Origin: an uncultured Alphaproteobacteria bacterium
Lineage (GTDB): Bacteria > Pseudomonadota > Alphaproteobacteria > HIMB59 > GCA-002718135
DNA: 64,000 nt
NCBI GenBank assembly: GCA_902616075.1
Contig: CACMRK010000005.1
Location: 16,236-80,235, forward strand
Direction: 5' to 3'
The notes below the pieces were generated by a model. The model had not been told where the DNA came from, ran no database searches, and saw nothing but the letters and a program-made list of their open reading frames with translations. Position numbers and translations under genes: made by a program. Of this stretch, positions 52,823-62,391 are shown piece by piece (position 1 is the first letter of the stretch; every line of letters starts with the position of its first letter).

Positions 52823-53799
52823 CGATGATGAACATCATCAAAAAAATATTTTGTGTAAACACTATTTATTTCATTCATTAAAGAAGAAATAGTATCTAAT
52901 TCTGAAGAAGAAGTATTCAGACCTACATGATCTTTATTTTTAGCACCAGGAATGACAATACTAACAGCATCATGCATTAGAATCCATTTAAGTGATAACT
53001 GTGATAACGTAATACCTTCTGGTAATATGTTTTTTAATTCATCAACAGCTTCTAATGCCTTATTAAAATTTACGCCTGAAAATGTTTCACCTACATCAAA
53101 CGCATCTCCATTAATATTGTAATTACGATGATCATCAGGAGCAAATGATGAATCTTTATTAAACTTTCCAGTTAATAATCCACTTGCAAGGGGTACTCTC
53201 ACAATAATTGCAACTTTTTTTTCTTTTGCAATTTTAAATAATTTTTCAGCAGGTTTTTGTCTGAAAATATTGAATATAACCTGAATAGATTTTGTATTTG
53301 GTCGTTTGATGCATTCAAGAGCCTCGTCAACTGTTTGAACACTAAAACCATAATTTTGAATTTTACCTTTACTCACTAAATAATCTAACATTTCAAATGT
53401 GTTGTCAGATGAATACACTTCTGTTGGAGGACAATGCATTTGTAAAAGATCAATCGTTTCCACATTAAGGTTTAATAAAGATTGATCTACGTAAGACTCC
53501 ATTAAAGCTTTATCATAGTATCCCTCAGCAACATGGGGATTTATTTGTCTTCCTGCTTTTGTTGCTACATAAATTCTATCAGATACTGATTTAAGGAAAT
53601 CGCCTACAAATTTTTCACTTCTACCCATTCCGTAGACATCAGCTGTATCGAAGAAGTTTACACCATTTTCATACGATGATTTTAAAATTTCTTGAGCACT
53701 GTCTTCAGTTACATTACCCCAATCAGCTCCTATTTGCCAACAACCTAAACCAACTTCGGAAACATTCCAATCCAGTGAGCCAAATTTTCTATATTTCAT
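52816..53799 (-). CDS. aldo/keto reductase
   Basis: GLGCWQIG, FFDTADVYG.GRSE, ATK, DLLQMH, VPLASGLLTGK, IPGAK. Confidence 0.93.
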   Translation of the reverse strand: MKYRKFGSLDWNVSEVGLGCWQIGADWGNVTEDSAQEILKSSYENGVNFFDTADVYGMGRSEKFVGDFLKSVSDRIYVATKAGRQINPHVAEGYYDKALMESYVDQSLLNLNVETIDLLQMHCPPTEVYSSDNTFEMLDYLVSKGKIQNYGFSVQTVDEALECIKRPNTKSIQVIFNIFRQKPAEKLFKIAKEKKVAIIVRVPLASGLLTGKFNKDSSFAPDDHRNYNINGDAFDVGETFSGVNFNKALEAVDELKNILPEGITLSQLSLKWILMHDAVSIVIPGAKNKDHVGLNTSSSELDTISSLMNEINSVYTKYFFDDVHHRW

Positions 53800-53802
53800 A
53801 AC

Positions 53803-55962
53803 TTATTCTACAATGACTTCATCAGTCACCATAGTTCCATCTTCAACAATTAATCCCATAGCTCCATTTTCAAGCACATCAGAATTATCAGTGAACTCTA
53901 AAACAACTTTGTTATCAAGATAACCAGACAATTTATTATCCTGGACTTTAAGAGATAATTTGTAATCTTTATAATATTCAAGATCAAAATCTATTTCTTT
54001 TAACACTTTTGGCTCATTAATTACTTTTATTAATTGAAGTTTATTTGATGCACTAATCACTAAACCATAATATCTATTTAATCCTTGCACTCTCGCAGCA
54101 AGACCGCCTGTTTTTACTCGCTGAATTGCAATATCGGAAGTAACTTTATAGTTTTTCCATAAATCAGTTCCTGTAATTAACATTCCTCTACCACTATCTT
54201 TACAGACTCTAAAAGTTCTCTCTCCACTATCCCATTTATCTAGAGCATCGACCCAACTAGCTTTCCACATTTTAGCATTTGAAAATTTAACACCCCTTTT
54301 ATGTTTTCCAATATGGTTAGGTTTAGAAAATTTACAATTTGGCTCACCAGTGAAAGTTAAATAATTTAAAATTAAACTTCCAGAATTTGCTTCATCTGAT
54401 TCTATAGAAAAACCAACTTGTGTAATAGGATTGCCTTCAGTTGAAGGAATTTTCCATTTAAGTTTTTGTGATTTATCAGGAAAAAGCACAACGCTTTCAG
54501 AATTTATTCTTTCATAATTATCCTCTTCTCCAAAAACATTGATAAAACATGTAACCGTAATTGGTTTTTGAGAATTCGACTTAAAAATGATTTCACTTTC
54601 TATATTTTGTCCTGAATATAAAAGTGGACAGGAAATAAAGTTATAACTTTGAAAAAATCTTTCTCTTGCAGACCCTGTTAACTCATACAATTCCTGAGGA
54701 AAAAAAGTATCAACAACAGCCTCAGAACAAACACCAGGCGCGACTCTGTCAAATTTAATTTCTAATGCTCTTTTTCCTATACTACTCTCATACTCAGTAT
54801 TTTGGACAATAGTTGAAATATTTTTGTTATTTTTAAAACTTGATCTCCAACCTTGAACAGAACCAGGCATTTCAAAATGAAATCTTGAACCATTTTTAGG
54901 CTCAACAGTTTCTTCTTTATTCATTTTTTTAGCAGTATTAATAACCTTATAAGCTTCTGTTAAGGCATCAGTTTGCGTTTCACCTCCATTAGCAGTCGGA
55001 CAATACATCCTATCTTGTATAGGTGTTAAATAATCTGGACCATTCCTTAAGCCTTCAAGACCATTTTTAATGCCCATAATGCAACCAACGTTACCAGAAT
55101 TACAATCAGTGTCATGACCAGCGGTATTTACTATCATAAGAGTTTTTTGAAGATCATCATCACCAAATAATAGTGACAGTATAATTATTGCATGATTAGG
55201 TATCATATGACATCCACCAAGATATTTGTCATATCCATATGTTTCAGCTTGAAACTCTCTTGCCTGCATCCAATCATTATTACCAGCTCTCATATTTTGA
55301 AGTTCACCAATCAGTTTATAAATAAGAGAACTATTTGGGATATATTTTTTTGACTCATCAATAATTTTGTTAATATCAGTCTCAACAAATGCTAGTGACT
55401 CCATAGCTGCAACCATCTGAGCACCATAGATTGCTTCCCCGTCATGACTGACACTTCCTGCTCTTCTTGCAAGATCTGCTGCTTTTTCTGGATCACCAGG
55501 AGTGACTAAAGCCCAACCGTCAATAAATATTTGCGCACCTATTTGTTCCGCAACTACTTTACCATTTGTTTCTATTGATCCACTCATAGGAGCTTCTATT
55601 CCAGCTTTTAAATTTTGATATGCAGTATCTTCAGCTGAATGACCTCTTCCTCCCCACCATAAAACTGTTTTGTTCTCAATTAAATTATTAAGCCAAGACT
55701 GACCAATTTGTTTTGGACTTATATTAGGGTCATAATTATTTTCTCTTAGAGCACGGAGAAATGTAAATGTTCCAGTTATATCATCATCTGTTACAACTAA
55801 TGGGACATTTAATTGCTCATTAACATAGTAATTAATTTCACCTAGCTCTTCCATAATCCTTTCATGTGACCACTGCTCAAAAGGACGGCCTAAATACACA
55901 CCAATTAATTTACCGAGCACTCCAGCGTATACTTTTTCTTCATAAGTCTTATCTAGTTTCAT
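53803..55962 (-). CDS. ADP-ribosylglycohydrolase-family protein with C-terminal beta-sandwich domain(s), paralog B
   Basis: G..IG..LG.PFE, TDDD, VSHDGE, DTDCN metal-binding motifs in the first ~320 aa; C-terminus W.NY.V...GGLAARVQG..RYY...GAMGL is lectin/DUF1080-like. Confidence 0.85.
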   Translation of the reverse strand: MKLDKTYEEKVYAGVLGKLIGVYLGRPFEQWSHERIMEELGEINYYVNEQLNVPLVVTDDDITGTFTFLRALRENNYDPNISPKQIGQSWLNNLIENKTVLWWGGRGHSAEDTAYQNLKAGIEAPMSGSIETNGKVVAEQIGAQIFIDGWALVTPGDPEKAADLARRAGSVSHDGEAIYGAQMVAAMESLAFVETDINKIIDESKKYIPNSSLIYKLIGELQNMRAGNNDWMQAREFQAETYGYDKYLGGCHMIPNHAIIILSLLFGDDDLQKTLMIVNTAGHDTDCNSGNVGCIMGIKNGLEGLRNGPDYLTPIQDRMYCPTANGGETQTDALTEAYKVINTAKKMNKEETVEPKNGSRFHFEMPGSVQGWRSSFKNNKNISTIVQNTEYESSIGKRALEIKFDRVAPGVCSEAVVDTFFPQELYELTGSARERFFQSYNFISCPLLYSGQNIESEIIFKSNSQKPITVTCFINVFGEEDNYERINSESVVLFPDKSQKLKWKIPSTEGNPITQVGFSIESDEANSGSLILNYLTFTGEPNCKFSKPNHIGKHKRGVKFSNAKMWKASWVDALDKWDSGERTFRVCKDSGRGMLITGTDLWKNYKVTSDIAIQRVKTGGLAARVQGLNRYYGLVISASNKLQLIKVINEPKVLKEIDFDLEYYKDYKLSLKVQDNKLSGYLDNKVVLEFTDNSDVLENGAMGLIVEDGTMVTDEVIVE

Positions 55963-55987
55963 AACGCATCCTTTTTTAAATTAAAAT

Positions 55988-58150
55988 TTATTCTATTGAA
56001 ATTGATTCACTCTGAATAGCTCCATTTTCAGTTATGAAACCAATCATCCCTTGTTCAAATGAATTTTCATTATCTTCAACCTCAATCATTAAATTATCAT
56101 CGACAAAACCTTGTAAATGATTGCCTTTAACTTTGAATTTTAAATTGTAATCTTTAAAAAATTCTAAATCAAAATCTATTTCTTTTAGAGTTTTTAATTC
56201 ATACTCCATTTTATTTATTTTTAACTTTTTGTCAGAAGTGAGCTCAAGAGAATAATATCTTTTTAAGCCTTGAGATCTTAGTATCAGACCAGCAGCAGAT
56301 GCAAGTGGAATGGATATCTTTGATGAGATTGTATAATCTTTCCATGTCTCACTTCCAGTCATAATGTGGCCCCTTCCAATACCTCTTACAATTTTAAAAG
56401 CTTCTTGCCATCTAAATTGCCATTTATCTACATCATTCACCCAAGCCCTTTTCCATAATTGACCGTAAGGCTGTTCTTTATAAAAAATACCTCTTGTATA
56501 TTCATCAATGTGATCAGGTCTTTTGAATGTCATTTTAGGTGTTCCAGAAATATCTAAATAATTCATTAGAATTTTGCCATTATTATTATTATCTGAGTTA
56601 ATACTAATACCAATCTGACCAATTGGATTTGATAAAGTATCAGGTACAATCCATTCTATAATTTTACTTTCTTTATTCTTAATATTAAAATCATCAGATG
56701 ATACTTTAATGAGCTTATCATCAGCACCCCAATATTTGATAAATAAATTAATTTTTAAATCTTTATCAGTATCTGAGATCAATTCTGTCTTAATTTTTTG
56801 ACCGCTATATACGGTTGGGCAAGCTACATAATCATAATGAAAGTATCTTTGGAATTGATAACCTTCTAACTTTGTAAACCATTCAGGAAAAAAACTTTCT
56901 ACATAAATTTCACTTGATAAACCAAAAGATAAGTCAGTAAAATTTATCTCTAGAGCTCTCTGTCCAATATTAGATTTATAATCAACATTTGAAATTTTAG
57001 TGTTTAAATTATTATCATTTGATTTATCTACCATCCAACCTTGTGTCGATGTTTCCATTTCAAAATTATATCTTGCGTTATTTTTTATAGACTTACTTTC
57101 TAGTCCATTCATTCTTCTCGTAATATTAATAATATTCTGACTTTCTATTAAGGCATCGGTCATTGTTTCCGAGCCATATGCGGTAGGTAGATATATTATA
57201 TCGTTAACAGGCGTAATATAGTCTGGACCATCTTTAATACCCTCTAGGCCATTTTTGATTCCTAAAATACATCCAACATTACCCGAGTTACAATCAGTAT
57301 CCCAACCAGCAGTATTTACAATCATTAAAGATTTTTGAAAATTATCATCACCAAAAAGTAGTGCGAGAATAATTAAAGCATGATTGGGAACGATATGACA
57401 ATTACCTGGAAATTTTGCATAACCATATTTATCTTCAATTTTAGTTCTTGCTTGCTCCCAGTCTAAATTACCTAAACTCCAATCTTGAATATCAGAAATA
57501 AGTTTGTAAATTGTCGAGTCAGAAGGGACAAACTTTTTACTGTTTTCAATTATTTTTTTGATATCATTTTCAATAAAAGAATATGCTTCCATTGCAGCTA
57601 CCACTTGAGCACCGTAAACAGATTCACCATCATGACTTACACTGCCAGCTTTTTTTGCTAATTCAACTGCTTGCTCAGGATCTCCTGGCGAGACCATTCC
57701 CCATCCATCAATAAATATTTGAGCACCTATTTGCTCAGCAATTACTTTTCCATTCATTTTAATAGAACCACTTTCAGGAGCATGAATACCTTGTTTCAAA
57801 TTCATGAAAGCACTTTCTTCAGTTAAGATACCTTTTCCAGCCCATGCAAGTACAGTCTGATTTTCCAAACAATAATTTAACCAGGTTTGACCAATTTGTT
57901 TTGCGGTAATATTTTTATCAAAATTAAAATGCTTCAAAGCATTAATAAATCTAAATGTTCCTGTTAAATCATCATCTGTTACATGAATGGGAAAATCTAA
58001 TTTATCATTTACATAATAATTAATAGGACCAAGTTCTTTCATTATTCGGTCGTAATACCAACCTTCAAAAGGACGGCCTAAGTAAACGCCAATGATTTTT
58101 CCTAATACACCTGCGTATACTTTATCTTCAAAAGTCTTATTTAGGTCCAT
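55988..58150 (-). CDS. ADP-ribosylglycohydrolase-family protein with C-terminal beta-sandwich domain(s), paralog A
   Basis: same architecture: LGRPFEGW, TDDD, VSHDGE, GWDTDCN; colinear with paralog B; GGGAG RBS. Confidence 0.85.
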   Translation of the reverse strand: MDLNKTFEDKVYAGVLGKIIGVYLGRPFEGWYYDRIMKELGPINYYVNDKLDFPIHVTDDDLTGTFRFINALKHFNFDKNITAKQIGQTWLNYCLENQTVLAWAGKGILTEESAFMNLKQGIHAPESGSIKMNGKVIAEQIGAQIFIDGWGMVSPGDPEQAVELAKKAGSVSHDGESVYGAQVVAAMEAYSFIENDIKKIIENSKKFVPSDSTIYKLISDIQDWSLGNLDWEQARTKIEDKYGYAKFPGNCHIVPNHALIILALLFGDDNFQKSLMIVNTAGWDTDCNSGNVGCILGIKNGLEGIKDGPDYITPVNDIIYLPTAYGSETMTDALIESQNIINITRRMNGLESKSIKNNARYNFEMETSTQGWMVDKSNDNNLNTKISNVDYKSNIGQRALEINFTDLSFGLSSEIYVESFFPEWFTKLEGYQFQRYFHYDYVACPTVYSGQKIKTELISDTDKDLKINLFIKYWGADDKLIKVSSDDFNIKNKESKIIEWIVPDTLSNPIGQIGISINSDNNNNGKILMNYLDISGTPKMTFKRPDHIDEYTRGIFYKEQPYGQLWKRAWVNDVDKWQFRWQEAFKIVRGIGRGHIMTGSETWKDYTISSKISIPLASAAGLILRSQGLKRYYSLELTSDKKLKINKMEYELKTLKEIDFDLEFFKDYNLKFKVKGNHLQGFVDDNLMIEVEDNENSFEQGMIGFITENGAIQSESISIE

Positions 58151-58172
58151 TTAATTACTCCCGTTTTAAATA

Positions 58173-59015
58173 TTAACCTTTAGTTGCTCCACTCGTTAAA
58201 CCAGCAATAAACCTTCTTTGGAAAAACATAAATAAAATAGCAATTGGTGCAGCCATTAAAATTGAAGCTGCGCTTACCAACCCATAATCATTTGCAAATC
58301 TACTTTGGAAAGCAAATAATATTGATGAAATAGGTTTGTAATCATCCGTTATAATAAATGTGATTGCAAATAAAAATTCGTTCCAAACATTTAATGATAC
58401 AATTAAAGCTGTAGTTAAAAATACAGGCCAAGATAACGGTAACGCTACTCGCGTAAATAATTGCATTGTTGAAGCTCCATCTAGTTTCGCAGCTTCAAAA
58501 AGTTCAGTTGGTAATTGAAGCATATAGGATCGAATTAAAAAAGTTGCAAAGGGTGCATTTAGGGCACTATAAATAATAATTAACCCAATCCTTGTGTCGA
58601 GAAGATACAAGCTTTTCCACATAAGAAATAATGGTAAAATATATAATTGTGCGGGTATACTAATTCCAACTAATAGATATAAACCAACAACAACTGTTTG
58701 AATACCTCTAGGATTTAAAGCGGCTAAACTAAATGCAGCAAGACCAGAAACTGTTAAATTTAAAATTAACGTTCCCACAACAAGAGTCATTGAGTTAAAA
58801 AATATTTGAGTATAGTTTCCATTTACCCAAGCATCATAATAATTCATTAATCTTATTTCAGATGGGAAACCTAAAGGATTAGTACCAAATTCCTCAACAG
58901 GTTTAATAGAGTTAAAAATTAAAACTAATAATGGCAATATAATAGTTAAGGCCATAAAAAATAAAATGGAATGGTTTATATAACTTGACCTTTGTCTAAA
59001 TTTTGCAGTTGCCAT
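58173..59015 (-). CDS. carbohydrate ABC permease (MalG-like)
   Basis: EAA loop LPTELFEAAKLDGAS, WNEFL, FQRRFIAGLTSGATKG. Confidence 0.93.
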   Translation of the reverse strand: MATAKFRQRSSYINHSILFFMALTIILPLLVLIFNSIKPVEEFGTNPLGFPSEIRLMNYYDAWVNGNYTQIFFNSMTLVVGTLILNLTVSGLAAFSLAALNPRGIQTVVVGLYLLVGISIPAQLYILPLFLMWKSLYLLDTRIGLIIIYSALNAPFATFLIRSYMLQLPTELFEAAKLDGASTMQLFTRVALPLSWPVFLTTALIVSLNVWNEFLFAITFIITDDYKPISSILFAFQSRFANDYGLVSAASILMAAPIAILFMFFQRRFIAGLTSGATKG

Positions 59016-59024
59016 TTATAATTT

Positions 59025-59903
59025 TTATACCTCCCAACCCAAACGCCTTAGGAGTGCAAAGAAGCCAACTATTATACCGACATAGAAGAACATCATAACA
59101 CCTATAGTAGATGCATAGCCAACATTCATTCGCTGAAACGCTTGAGAGTATAGATGATTAGCTACAACTTCTGAGCTATAAGCTGGGCCTCCCATTGTTA
59201 AAATGTAAACATAATCAAATGTTGGAACAGACCAAATAATTATAATGATTAAAGATAATATAAAAATTGGTCTTATCATTGGTATAGTGATGTATCTAAA
59301 TTTTTGAAATTTCGTTGCGCCTTCAATATCTGCAGCTTCATAAAGAGACTCATCTACTTGATACATTCCAGTTAAATAAATGATAACTAAGAAACCCCAG
59401 AAGTGCCACATGTCAACCCAGGCAACGGCGTATAACGCTGTCTCTTTCATAGCAAAAGGTGATTTTGAGAGAAAATCAATACCTTGGTTTTCAAACCATC
59501 CGCCCAATCCATGTTTTGGATGAAAAATATATCTCCAAATTAAACAATTAACTATACTTGCTAAAATATAAGGGAAAAAATAAACAAGTCTGTAAAAAAG
59601 TTGCCCTCTTTTAATTCCAGTTAAGAGATAAGCTATGATCAAAGCAACAATTACTGGAATAGTTAAAAACATTATTGTCCATATGAAATTGTGATAGACA
59701 GCCTTTTTGAAAATTCTATCCCTAAATAATTCTTCAAAATTTTCTAAACCTACATAGTTTATTTTTCCAAAACCATTCCAATCAGTTAAACATAAGAGTA
59801 AACTGAGTATAGATGGAAATGCTATAACAAAGAAATGTATGAACAATACTGGCATTAAAAAATACCATGAAATCGCATTTATGTTAGTCAAAAACTTTGG
59901 CAT
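59025..59903 (-). CDS. carbohydrate ABC permease (MalF-like)
   Basis: TDWNG...YVGLENF, SLYEAADIEGA, FDYVYILTMGGP. Confidence 0.93.
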   Translation of the reverse strand: MPKFLTNINAISWYFLMPVLFIHFFVIAFPSILSLLLCLTDWNGFGKINYVGLENFEELFRDRIFKKAVYHNFIWTIMFLTIPVIVALIIAYLLTGIKRGQLFYRLVYFFPYILASIVNCLIWRYIFHPKHGLGGWFENQGIDFLSKSPFAMKETALYAVAWVDMWHFWGFLVIIYLTGMYQVDESLYEAADIEGATKFQKFRYITIPMIRPIFILSLIIIIIWSVPTFDYVYILTMGGPAYSSEVVANHLYSQAFQRMNVGYASTIGVMMFFYVGIIVGFFALLRRLGWEV

Positions 59904-59920
59904 ATTTTTTATATTTTTAA

Positions 59921-59947
59921 AATAAGGGGAATAAAATTCCCCTTATT
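59921..59947 (-). terminator. intercistronic hairpin after the binding-protein gene (attenuator or mRNA stabiliser)
   Basis: perfect 12-bp stem AATAAGGGGAAT-AAA-ATTCCCCTTATT. Confidence 0.7.
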
Positions 59948-59962
59948 GAAAATAAATTGGAA

Positions 59963-61288
59963 TTATCTTTTTCCAACTGGAACTAATGCATCGTCTTCAC
60001 GTGCTTTGTCCCATAGTCTTTGTGATTCTTCCATGAACTCAAGCGGAGTAATATCCCCTGCCCAAACAACTTCCATATCTTTCCAAATATGAACACCTGG
60101 ATCATTAGGATAGAAAGTCCATGTCGTATAACCATAGTTTCCAGTTCCTGTAGCTTCAGCAAATTCTGTTAAGAATCTTTTTTGTCTTGGATCTATATTT
60201 GGATCAAAGTCACTGTCCTCATAATGAAGTGGCATCAACCATGCACCGTAGCCTAATTGACCAGTAACATTAAGAACTCTTGCTCTATCTGATAGAATCC
60301 AATCAATAACTTTTGCAGCAGCTTCAGGATTTTTAGATGCAGCATTTACAGACATTGTTCCACCTGTTGCTAGTTGATAATTTGGCTTATCTCCTGCTTG
60401 AGGATGAAGTATAGGCAAAGCAGCCCAATCCCAATCATCAGAACTTTCAGCAAAGTTTGTAGCAGTTACATTGAAACCCCAAGTTCCAATCATTAACATT
60501 GCAGATTCTCTATTAACAAATTCACCATTGAAGTCATCCCAACCTAGAGAGTAATATGTCTCTAAACCACCAGACCAATAACCATCATCGACCATGTGTT
60601 TTCTTAAAAGTTCAATTGACTCTACAAATTCTGGATCAGTCCATTTTTTTTCACCAATTAATGCTTTGTAAACATTATCTGGTCCAGCGTAAGTGTTAAA
60701 ATAGTTACCTACTAAGTGCTCATGTGTTGGCTGCCAACCAGTAGATCCATAAGCATAAGGGTTCATACCTTTAGCTTTAATTTTTGCAGCTAATGCCTCA
60801 ACCTCTTCTAAATTATTAGGTAGACTCCATCCGTTTTCTTCGAACAACGTTTTATTATAAAAATAAATCATTGTTTCATAGTTTTTTGGAATTGAGTATA
60901 ATTCACCATTGAACACACCTGAATTGTAAGCCCATTCTAAAAGTTTATCTTGCCAACCAAATTGATCAGCATACTCTTGCAATGATTTTACAAGTCCAGC
61001 ATCTTGATAAATTTTTATATAAGATGCACCAGGTGTATCAAAAATATCAGGACCACTTCCAGAAAGAAGAGCTGGTCTAATAGTATCATTGATATCTTCT
61101 TTAAAAACAACTTCTAATTCAATATCATCATGTTCAGCATTAAATGCGTCAACAAAGAATTCTTGTACTACTGGGTCAGTTGTTGCGTCACTTTCCATCC
61201 ACCAGACTACTTTTGTAGCAGCAAACGTTGAAGTTGCAAAAAATGCAGTAAGAACAAAAGATAAGAAAAAATTAAAAATTTTATTCAT
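59963..61288 (-). CDS. carbohydrate ABC substrate-binding protein (CUT1, SBP_bac_1/8)
   Basis: Sec signal MNKIF..TFA/A, GSGPDIF, YFYNKTLFE..G, AMLMIGTW; GGAGGG RBS places the start at 61288 or 61291. Confidence 0.9.
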   Translation of the reverse strand: MNKIFNFFLSFVLTAFFATSTFAATKVVWWMESDATTDPVVQEFFVDAFNAEHDDIELEVVFKEDINDTIRPALLSGSGPDIFDTPGASYIKIYQDAGLVKSLQEYADQFGWQDKLLEWAYNSGVFNGELYSIPKNYETMIYFYNKTLFEENGWSLPNNLEEVEALAAKIKAKGMNPYAYGSTGWQPTHEHLVGNYFNTYAGPDNVYKALIGEKKWTDPEFVESIELLRKHMVDDGYWSGGLETYYSLGWDDFNGEFVNRESAMLMIGTWGFNVTATNFAESSDDWDWAALPILHPQAGDKPNYQLATGGTMSVNAASKNPEAAAKVIDWILSDRARVLNVTGQLGYGAWLMPLHYEDSDFDPNIDPRQKRFLTEFAEATGTGNYGYTTWTFYPNDPGVHIWKDMEVVWAGDITPLEFMEESQRLWDKAREDDALVPVGKR

Positions 61289-61595
61289 CATTCCCTCCAT
61301 TAATAGAAAAAATTATACCCTAAATATGAACCCTGTAAATCTATTTATGCAAGATAATGAATAAAAAAATCAAGGAATATATATGTTTGCGACAGTTTTT
61401 TTATAGCAAAAATATCATTTGCTCCCTAATTAAATCAAAAAAATAGTTAAAAGAAAAATAAAAAACTAAAACAAAAAAAATTATTATAATTGACCAAATT
61501 AAAAACTTATTCATTTTTTCGTTTTTTATAAAATAGATATTATTTAAGTATAATAAATATAAATTTTAATATATGAACAAATTTCAACTGTAATT

Positions 61596-62384
61596 ATGAA
61601 AAATAAATTATTTGATATTTGGAAGCAAGATAAGGCCTCAATAAATGCTTGGTTATCAATACCGAATTCTTTTACTGCCGAAGCCTTTGGTAAAATGGGT
61701 TGGGATTCAGTTACCATCGATATGCAGCATGGCCAGAATGATTATTCAAGTTCAATTGCAATGATTCAAGGATTAACAAATAGTGATACTGTACCTATGA
61801 CAAGAGTTCCATGGAACGAACCTGGTATTATTATGAAAATGTTAGATTTAGGTGTTCAAGGAATTATTGCACCAATGATTAATACTAAAGAGGACTGTGA
61901 AAAATTTGTTTCATATTGTTATTATCCTCCCATAGGTCAAAGAAGTTTTGGCCCTATGAGAGCTCAAGTAGTTTATGGTTCAGATTACTATCAACACGCA
62001 AATGATAATATTGTAAGTTTAGCAATGATCGAAACAAAACAAGCAGTGGAGAACTTAGATGCCATTCTCTCGGTTCCAAACTTAACTGGCATTTATATTG
62101 GGCCTGCAGATATGAGTTCTTCGTATGGTTTGCCGCCTAAATTTGATGTTCGTGAAGATCCAGTATTTTCAAATATTAAAATGATTGCAAAAAAAGCAAA
62201 AGAAAAAGGAAAGATTGCAGGTATCCATAATGGATCAGTAAAGTATATGAAAGAAATGATGGACTACGGTTTTCAATTTACCACTTTACTTTCTGATTTT
62301 AGAATGATGACATCACATGCTGAAAGTTTATTAAAAGAATTGAAAGATGTAGATACTAAGTCTGATAATACTAGCGCGTATTAA
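61596..62384 (+). CDS. HpcH/HpaI-family class II pyruvate aldolase
   Basis: IDMQHG, RVPWNEP, LD.G..GIIAPMIN, YPPIGQRSFGP, AMIET, YIGPAD. Confidence 0.92.
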   Translation: MKNKLFDIWKQDKASINAWLSIPNSFTAEAFGKMGWDSVTIDMQHGQNDYSSSIAMIQGLTNSDTVPMTRVPWNEPGIIMKMLDLGVQGIIAPMINTKEDCEKFVSYCYYPPIGQRSFGPMRAQVVYGSDYYQHANDNIVSLAMIETKQAVENLDAILSVPNLTGIYIGPADMSSSYGLPPKFDVREDPVFSNIKMIAKKAKEKGKIAGIHNGSVKYMKEMMDYGFQFTTLLSDFRMMTSHAESLLKELKDVDTKSDNTSAY

Positions 62385-62391
62385 TAGTCGC

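Noticed and set aside
53803-58150. ARH genes as DraG nitrogenase regulators or toxin immunity/anti-phage proteins
   Set aside because: No draT, nif, ADP-ribosyltransferase toxin or defence genes nearby; the proteins are twice DraG length and embedded in a sugar-uptake operon
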